DNA from: an uncultured Flavobacterium sp.
Lineage (GTDB): Bacteria; Bacteroidota; Bacteroidia; Flavobacteriales; Flavobacteriaceae
Length of the DNA stretch: 33,684 bases
Reading direction: 5' to 3'
Assembly (NCBI GenBank): GCA_964540425.1
Contig: CAZIMW010000002.1
Span: 1-33,684, forward strand
Of the stretch, positions 27,377 to 33,684 are shown piece after piece. The number at the start of each line of letters is the position of its first letter. Position 1 is the stretch's first letter. Below the pieces are notes generated by a model. That model did no database searches, was not told where the DNA came from, and saw only the letters and a program-made list of their open reading frames with translations. The position numbers and the translations under genes are program-made.

Positions 27377-27378
27377 TT

Positions 27379-28425
27379 ATGTACCAATTAGAAAAACCAA
27401 TATTCTTTTACTTACTATTCGCCATTGCGGGGCTAATGGTGCTATTTCTATTGGTGTTACTTTGGAAAAAACACACTCAAAAGAAATTTGCACATAATAA
27501 AGCTCTTAAGTTTTTAAGTCCGGATAAATCAAAATTCAAACCTTGGCTAAAAGTAATCGTGCTTTCTTTAGCCATTGCGAGTTTAAGTTTGGCATTGGTG
27601 AATCCAAAAATAGGAACAAAAATTGAAACCGTAACAAGAGCTGGAGTTGATGTGGTTTTTGCATTGGATGTTTCCAAAAGCATGTTGGCTGAAGATATTG
27701 CTCCCAACCGAATAGAAAAATCTAAACAATTAATAACACAAATTATTAATAGTTTGGGTGGAGATCGAGTAGGAATTATTGGTTATGCTGGTTCTGCTTT
27801 TCCACAGGTGCCAATTACGACCGATTTTTCAACTACTAAATTATTTTTAAGCAGTATGAATACCGATATGGTTTCATCACAAGGTACTGCGATTACCGAA
27901 GCGATTAAAATGGCAAAAACCTTTTATAATAATGAGGATCAGGCTAATAAAGTGCTTTTCATTATTTCCGATGGAGAAGATCACGAAGGAAACATTTTAG
28001 AAATCGTAAATGAAGCTGCCAATTCTGGAATTAAAATTTTTACTATTGGTGTAGGTTCTGTAAAGGGTGCACCAATTCCTATTAAAAGAAATGGGATTTT
28101 ACAACATTACAAACGTGATGAAAATAACGAGCAAGTAATCACTCGTTTAAACATTAAAACACTTACTGATATTGCTAATGGAGCCAACGGAAAATACATT
28201 GATGGAAGCAACACCAAGGAAGTCGTTGAAGAAGTTACCAGTATTTTAAACGGTATGAATCAAAAAGAATTTGAAGCAAAACAATTCACCGATTTTAAAG
28301 ATCGTTTTCAATGGTTTTTAGGTGTAGCCTTTTTATTATTAGTGCTAGATGTACTTCTTTTAGAAAGAAAAACAGCTTGGATTAAAAAATTAAATCTGTT
28401 TAATGAAGATAAAAAAAAGAGCTAA
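27379..28425 (+). CDS. batB: BatB vWA-domain protein
   Basis: DVSKSMLAEDIAPNR, PITTD, QGTAI, ISDGEDHE and RFQWFL. Confidence 0.93.
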   Translation: MYQLEKPIFFYLLFAIAGLMVLFLLVLLWKKHTQKKFAHNKALKFLSPDKSKFKPWLKVIVLSLAIASLSLALVNPKIGTKIETVTRAGVDVVFALDVSKSMLAEDIAPNRIEKSKQLITQIINSLGGDRVGIIGYAGSAFPQVPITTDFSTTKLFLSSMNTDMVSSQGTAITEAIKMAKTFYNNEDQANKVLFIISDGEDHEGNILEIVNEAANSGIKIFTIGVGSVKGAPIPIKRNGILQHYKRDENNEQVITRLNIKTLTDIANGANGKYIDGSNTKEVVEEVTSILNGMNQKEFEAKQFTDFKDRFQWFLGVAFLLLVLDVLLLERKTAWIKKLNLFNEDKKKS

Positions 28426-28581
28426 GACCGCTGCGCTTTTAGATAAAAGATAAAAGACTTGATTGTAACAAACGAATAAATGGAATTTTAAGTTATAGTA
28501 ATTTTAGGAAAAATTAATAAAATATAAAAAACGGCTAAATTTACGGTGTATTATTTCAATCCACCTTTAGCTACTAAATAA

Positions 28582-29475
28582 ATGGTAGAACAGAACATAA
28601 AATACAATCCTTTTTCTTCGCGAAGCTTTGTGCATTTGTTTGCATCTCTGCGTAATAACCTATTTTTTGTTTTAATAATATTTGGTTCATTAACTCTTAA
28701 TGCCCAAGAAGACAAGGAAAAACAAAAGGTATTACGGCAGTCGGAAAAACTATTAAGCAAGGCAAATTCAGAAATGCTAAAAGGAGACTTTTCTATTGCT
28801 GAAGCAAATTATAGAAAAGCAATTTCCTTAAATCCAAAAGACGATACCGCTAAATATAATCTTGGAAATGCTTATTATAATAAGGAGATGAACGATATCG
28901 CGATGAACCGTTTTAAACAAGCGGCTTCGGTTGCAGATTCCAAAGAAGACAAACATAAGGCTTTTCATAATTTAGGAAACACCTATATGAATGAAAAAAA
29001 ATACCAAGAAGCGGTAGAATCCTATAAAAATGCCCTTCGGAATAACCCAAAAGATGAAGAAACGCGTTATAATTTTGCTTTGGCAAAAGAGCTGTTAGAA
29101 GATCAAGAAAAAAATGGCGGTGGCGGTGATGATAATAAAGATCAAGACGATAAAAAGGAAGAAAATAAAGACCAGCAAGAAAACGAGAACAATAAGAAAG
29201 ACGGAGACGACGGAGAAGATAAAAAAGAGCAAGACAAAGGCGACGAGGAGCAGGACAAAAAAGAAGGTGATAAAGACAAAGATAAAGGGAAACCCGACGA
29301 GCCAAAAGAAGACAAGCAAGAACAAAAACCTCAACAACAACAGCCTGGGAAATTATCGCCTCAGCAAGTAAAAAACTTGTTAGAAGCAATGAACAATGAG
29401 GAAAAGAAAGTTCAAGATAAAATAAATGCAAAAAAACAAAAAGGAGCTAAAGTGAAATCTGCAAAAGATTGGTAA
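28582..29475 (+). CDS. batC: BatC TPR protein
   Basis: TPR repeats (YNLGNAYY, FHNLGNTY, RYNFALA), D/E/K/Q-rich linker, LLEAMNNEEKKVQ and terminal KDW. Confidence 0.92.
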   Translation: MVEQNIKYNPFSSRSFVHLFASLRNNLFFVLIIFGSLTLNAQEDKEKQKVLRQSEKLLSKANSEMLKGDFSIAEANYRKAISLNPKDDTAKYNLGNAYYNKEMNDIAMNRFKQAASVADSKEDKHKAFHNLGNTYMNEKKYQEAVESYKNALRNNPKDEETRYNFALAKELLEDQEKNGGGGDDNKDQDDKKEENKDQQENENNKKDGDDGEDKKEQDKGDEEQDKKEGDKDKDKGKPDEPKEDKQEQKPQQQQPGKLSPQQVKNLLEAMNNEEKKVQDKINAKKQKGAKVKSAKDW

Positions 29476-31250
29476 TGAAATATAGAATTATCTATACCTT
29501 TTTATTTTTTCTGAGCTTTGGTTTATCACAAGCTCAGGTAACTTTTGTTGCCAAGGTTAGTAAAAAAACTTTGGGAATTAATGAGCGTTTACGAATAGAT
29601 TTTGAAATGAACCAAGATGGAGATAATTTTGTTCCTCCAAATTTTGAAGGATTTAATGTAGTTGGCGGTCCCAATCAATCTATTAGTAATTCGTGGATAA
29701 ACGGTAAAAAAAGTTTCTCAAAAACCTATTCCTATTACTTATCTCCTAAAAAACAGGGTACATTTACTATCAAGCAAGCCTCTATTGAAATTAGAGGAGA
29801 AAGATATAAAACTATTCCTTTAAAAGTCTTAGTTACTGCGGCGGTTACAAAACCTAAAGACGGAAATAATGCCGATTACATAGCTAGTGAAAACGTTCAT
29901 TTAGTGGCTGAAGTTTCTAACGCAACCCCATATTTAAACGAGGGAATTACTGTAGTTTATAAATTATATGTTTCAAATAATGTGAGTATTACCAGAAGTT
30001 GGCGAGAAATAGATTCGCCCAAGTATGCAGATTTTTGGAGTCAGAATATTGATAATAAAGGGAAATCTCAAATTTATGAAGGCACCTATCAAGGAAAACC
30101 GTATCGCTATGTAATTTTAAGAAAGGCAATTCTATATCCTCAAAAAACGGGAGAGTTAATTATTGAGCCACTAACACTCGATGTTCCGATAGATGTTCAA
30201 GGAAATACTAGAGATATTTTTGGTCGAAGAAGAATGACTCGTGTAAACAGAACCATTTCTGCTGGAAAACGAACCATTAATGTAAAACCATTACCATTAA
30301 AAGGAAGACCAGATAATTTTTCGGGAGCAGTTGGAGATTTTCAGTTTAATGTAAGCACCAATAAAACGATTTTAAACGCTAATGAATCCTTAGAATTAAT
30401 TACTAAAGTTTCTGGAAACGGGAATTTAAAATTATTCGATTTACCAACCATAACACTTCCGAGTTCGTTGGAAGTTTATGAGCCTGTTCGGAATGATAAA
30501 GTGACGACAAATATAAAAGGAATGAGAGGATATATTTCTCAAACTTACACCATCATTCCACAATACAAAGGGAATTACCCAATTCGTCCTGTAATATTTT
30601 CATATTTTGATCTAAAGTCTAATCGCTATAAAACCATTTCTTCTGAAGAGATAATTATTAATGTAGAAAATGGTCCATTACCAAATCAAAATACCCCGGA
30701 AACCGTCACAAAAGGTAATAATAAAGAGGTAGTTATTGCCAAGGACCAATTTAAATACATTCAATTAGCGGCAAATTTAAAATCGGTTAATCAACCTATA
30801 TTTTTTAAATCGAAATTATTTTGGTGGTTAACTGGGACACCGTTTTTACTTATTCCAATTTTTATTTTAATAGGAAATAGCCGAAGAAAACGTTTAAGTG
30901 ATGTAGATGGAAAACGACTTCGGAAAGCAACAAAACTGGCAAAGAAATATTTATCGGAAGCCAAAAAGAATCTAGGAAAACAAGAAGCATTTTATGAAGC
31001 TTTGGAACGTGCATTGCATAATTATTTAAGAGCTAAATTAGACATTGTAACTTCAGAGTTTTCAAAAGAAAAGATTACCACTTTACTTTCAGAAAACCAC
31101 GTAGAAAATGAGGTGGTTTCTGATTTTATTATATTATTAAAAAGCTGTGAATTTGCACGATATACACCAACTTCAAATGTTACAATTAAGCAAGATTATG
31201 AAAAATCGGTGCGTATAATTTCGAGTATTGACAAACAGTTTAGGGGTTAA
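29475..31250 (+). CDS. batD: BatD protein
   Basis: Signal peptide, VGGPNQS, LYPQKTG and FSGAVGDF. ATG at 29475 overlaps the batC stop (TAATG). Confidence 0.92.
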   Translation: MKYRIIYTFLFFLSFGLSQAQVTFVAKVSKKTLGINERLRIDFEMNQDGDNFVPPNFEGFNVVGGPNQSISNSWINGKKSFSKTYSYYLSPKKQGTFTIKQASIEIRGERYKTIPLKVLVTAAVTKPKDGNNADYIASENVHLVAEVSNATPYLNEGITVVYKLYVSNNVSITRSWREIDSPKYADFWSQNIDNKGKSQIYEGTYQGKPYRYVILRKAILYPQKTGELIIEPLTLDVPIDVQGNTRDIFGRRRMTRVNRTISAGKRTINVKPLPLKGRPDNFSGAVGDFQFNVSTNKTILNANESLELITKVSGNGNLKLFDLPTITLPSSLEVYEPVRNDKVTTNIKGMRGYISQTYTIIPQYKGNYPIRPVIFSYFDLKSNRYKTISSEEIIINVENGPLPNQNTPETVTKGNNKEVVIAKDQFKYIQLAANLKSVNQPIFFKSKLFWWLTGTPFLLIPIFILIGNSRRKRLSDVDGKRLRKATKLAKKYLSEAKKNLGKQEAFYEALERALHNYLRAKLDIVTSEFSKEKITTLLSENHVENEVVSDFIILLKSCEFARYTPTSNVTIKQDYEKSVRIISSIDKQFRG

Positions 31251-31254
31251 AATT

Positions 31255-32037
31255 ATGAAAGTAAAGCTAGGAATTAAGAGTTATTTTAAAACAACTATAA
31301 TTGTAATGATTGTGGTGCTTTTTTCTGTGCCTGTTTTTGCTCAAAACGGACCTCTTTTTGAGCAAGGTAAGGCACTTTATAAAGCTGAAAAATACCAAGA
31401 AGCCATCAATTCTTGGATGAAAATAATAGATAACAAAAAACAATCGGCATCACTATATTACAATTTGGGAAATGCACATTACAAATTAAATAACATTGGT
31501 CCAAGCATTTATTATTACGAAAAAGCATTGTTATTAAACCCTAATGATAGTGATATAACAAACAATCTTTCTTTTGCCGAAAACGCTCGGGTTGATGCTA
31601 TAGACCCATTACCAAAAACTATATTTTATAAATGGTATCACCGTATTTCTTCGGCACTCACATTTGATGGTTGGGCGATTGCTTCAGTTGTATTTTCAAT
31701 AGGATTTGTGCTTTTATTTTTGTTGTATTATTTCTCCTATTCCGAAGGTAAAAAACGCTTGTTTTTTGTTACTGCTTTGGCTTCTATTTTGTTATTAGCA
31801 ATGTCTTTGTCGATGGCGTATTCTACTTTTGAAGATGCAATAAAAAACCAACCTGCAATCATTTTTTCTGAAAGTATTGAGGTTAAAGACGGTCCAAGTT
31901 TAGGAAATGAAACTTCATTTACCCTTCACGAAGGAACCAAAGTTCAGATTATTGAAAGAGATTCTGATTGGGTTAAAATTCAAATTGCCAACGGAAAAGA
32001 TGGATGGATTCCTCTATCAGATTTAAAAGAACTCTAG
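31255..32037 (+). CDS. batE: BatE TPR plus SH3b protein
   Basis: YYNLGNAHYK, YYEKALLLNP and LHEGTKV...GWI. ATG 31255 preferred over TTG 31228. Confidence 0.9.
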   Translation: MKVKLGIKSYFKTTIIVMIVVLFSVPVFAQNGPLFEQGKALYKAEKYQEAINSWMKIIDNKKQSASLYYNLGNAHYKLNNIGPSIYYYEKALLLNPNDSDITNNLSFAENARVDAIDPLPKTIFYKWYHRISSALTFDGWAIASVVFSIGFVLLFLLYYFSYSEGKKRLFFVTALASILLLAMSLSMAYSTFEDAIKNQPAIIFSESIEVKDGPSLGNETSFTLHEGTKVQIIERDSDWVKIQIANGKDGWIPLSDLKEL

Positions 32038-32918
32038 TCCAAGTCTTCTTCAATTAAAACACCCATTTTTCCCATTTTATAATCACGCATGGCTTCTAAA
32101 ATTTGTGTTTGATTATTCATAACAAAAGGACCACTTTGCGATACTTTTTCGTTGAGAGGTTTTCCGCTAAGTAGTAAAAACTGGGAATCTTCAGAAAATG
32201 AAAGGGTAATTGAATTTCCTTCGTTTTCAAAAACGACAAGATTTTCAGCATCAACAAATCCGTAACCAGTAATTCGCATCGTTCCTTTAATTAGATATAG
32301 CATTGTATGGAACCCTTCAGGAATTTGATAAGTTTCTGTGCCATTTTTTTGGGCATTCCCCCAAATAATTTGCAGTTCACTTTCAGTTGGGAGATCGCTT
32401 TTTATTTCATTAAACTCTCCTACAATAACTTTGGTTTCTACTTTATTATCTGCGGAAACAACCACTTGTATCTGTTCTTGGGAAAGATGACGATAATAAG
32501 GTTCTTTCATTTTACTAACAGCAGGAGTGTTGATCCAAATTTGTATAATTTCCTGAGTTCCGTTTCTTTGAGCTAATGCTTCCGAAGGTCTTTCGCTATG
32601 AACTATCCCAGCACCAGCATTCATCCATTGTACTTCTCCTGCTTTGGCAATCTGACTATTCCCACGACTATCCCGATGATGAACTTCGCCATCCACAATA
32701 AAAGTAACTGGAGAAAAACCACGATGTGGATGGGGACCAATTCCTTGAATTCTAGCAGGACGATCATCAAAATATTGAATGCGTAAATGATGTACCAATA
32801 AAAACGGATCTACTCGATTTACTTTTTGTGTGGGTAACGATTGTTTTACAGGAGCCCCTCCCATATCAATCTCTACAGAAGGTAAGAGCGTTTTTACTTT
32901 TTTTAAAAAAGCTTCCAT
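32034..32918 (-). CDS. Pirin-family protein
   Basis: DPFLLVHH, HPHRGF, WMNAGAGIVHSE, QIWIN and GPFVMN. Confidence 0.93.
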   Translation of the reverse strand: MEAFLKKVKTLLPSVEIDMGGAPVKQSLPTQKVNRVDPFLLVHHLRIQYFDDRPARIQGIGPHPHRGFSPVTFIVDGEVHHRDSRGNSQIAKAGEVQWMNAGAGIVHSERPSEALAQRNGTQEIIQIWINTPAVSKMKEPYYRHLSQEQIQVVVSADNKVETKVIVGEFNEIKSDLPTESELQIIWGNAQKNGTETYQIPEGFHTMLYLIKGTMRITGYGFVDAENLVVFENEGNSITLSFSEDSQFLLLSGKPLNEKVSQSGPFVMNNQTQILEAMRDYKMGKMGVLIEEDLD

Positions 32919-32927
32919 AGGATTAAT

Positions 32928-33500
32928 TTAATTGATTGAATCTATTTTTTCGTTGATTTTCTCTTCTGTTTTTTCTTTTACATGGTCTATTAATTCTTCT
33001 GGAATTTCAATTTGCTCCACCGTTTCCATTAAATCTGGAAGTACCATTGGAGCTAATGAAATAATAGGCTCATAAAGGATAGAATTTTTTGTTTTTTCTT
33101 CAGAAATCACATAATCTGTCGTGTTCCATTGATTAAAAAACATAAACACCACACTGATAATAAAAGCGATAATCAAGACGTTAAAAACACCGCCTAAAAG
33201 TTTATTGAATATTCCCAGAAAGGCAAAGTCAGCTAGCTTGGTTAAAAATTTCCCTGCCCAGTTTATAACAATTACCACCGCAATAAAAGTAACCAATCTT
33301 GATACAATACTGCTAGTTTGTTCACTCCAATCAAACCAATTAATTATATATTTTGCAGCATACTCCGAAAAATAGATAGCCGCAATTACTCCTAACACCA
33401 AACCGATTAAAGAAGCTAAAGTGACGAAAATCCCTTTTTTCATTCCTCGTATAAAAGCGAAAACTAAGATGATTCCTAAAACGATATCGAAAATGTTCAT
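32928..33500 (-). CDS. cvpA: CvpA (colicin V production) family protein
   Basis: MNIFDIVL...GMKKG, four TM segments and NKLLGGVF. Confidence 0.88.
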   Translation of the reverse strand: MNIFDIVLGIILVFAFIRGMKKGIFVTLASLIGLVLGVIAAIYFSEYAAKYIINWFDWSEQTSSIVSRLVTFIAVVIVINWAGKFLTKLADFAFLGIFNKLLGGVFNVLIIAFIISVVFMFFNQWNTTDYVISEEKTKNSILYEPIISLAPMVLPDLMETVEQIEIPEELIDHVKEKTEEKINEKIDSIN

Positions 33501-33684
33501 ATATTGAATTTAGGGTAAATATAGTGTAACATATTTATATTTTCGAAAAATAAAATTTTCATTTTTTAAAAAATAAACTAAAAAATATTTTGATAAATCG
33601 TTTTTTTTTTTTTTACTTTGTAGGGTTAAGATTACGATTTTAATTTATTTCATGATAATTCTATTATAACTCCCCAGTTAATTA

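Noticed and set aside
28913-29431. Overlapping ORFs of 172, 81 and 85 aa in batC
   Set aside because: By-products of the low-complexity D/E/K/Q linker.
21762-32037. moxR-DUF58-bat operon as a novel system
   Set aside because: Well-known Bacteroides aerotolerance operon; only its intergenic inserts are unusual.
33599-33614. Long poly-T tract as a phase-variable promoter
   Set aside because: The downstream gene lies outside the window and homopolymers are common at this AT content, so it cannot be supported.

Overview
AT-rich Flavobacteriaceae-like (Bacteroidota) chromosomal window; TAnnTTTG promoter boxes and a Bat operon support that lineage. The backbone is ordinary: alpha-2-macroglobulin plus pbpC (partial), a DUF4153/4173-type membrane protein, isoaspartyl peptidase/asparaginase, a CAP lipoprotein, 3-hydroxyanthranilate dioxygenase, an ALDH7-type dehydrogenase, Rrf2/methyltransferase, a Zn-ribbon/SPFH pair, an AlbA_2 protein, moxR-DUF58-batABCDE, pirin and cvpA. 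Three features are layered on top. (1) Two small lone genes sit inside conserved operons, each bracketed by its own short repeat family: a GxxExxY PD-(D/E)XK nuclease-like gene with ACCATTAAGGCATTAAG inverted repeats, and a four-helix-bundle (IVP/Avd-like) gene with ACTGNNN heptamers and an ~80-bp direct repeat. (2) About eight REP-like families are dispersed through the window. Some are nested in each other and several lie in-frame in proteins (two in the macroglobulin, the pbpC start codon, signal-peptide n-regions in the Bat operon). (3) An islet at 18.8-20.3 kb carries one intact and two toxin-less toxin-antitoxin modules, cassette-like ends and a duplicated gene 3' end. All alignments were done by eye and family names come from motif recognition, not database searches.
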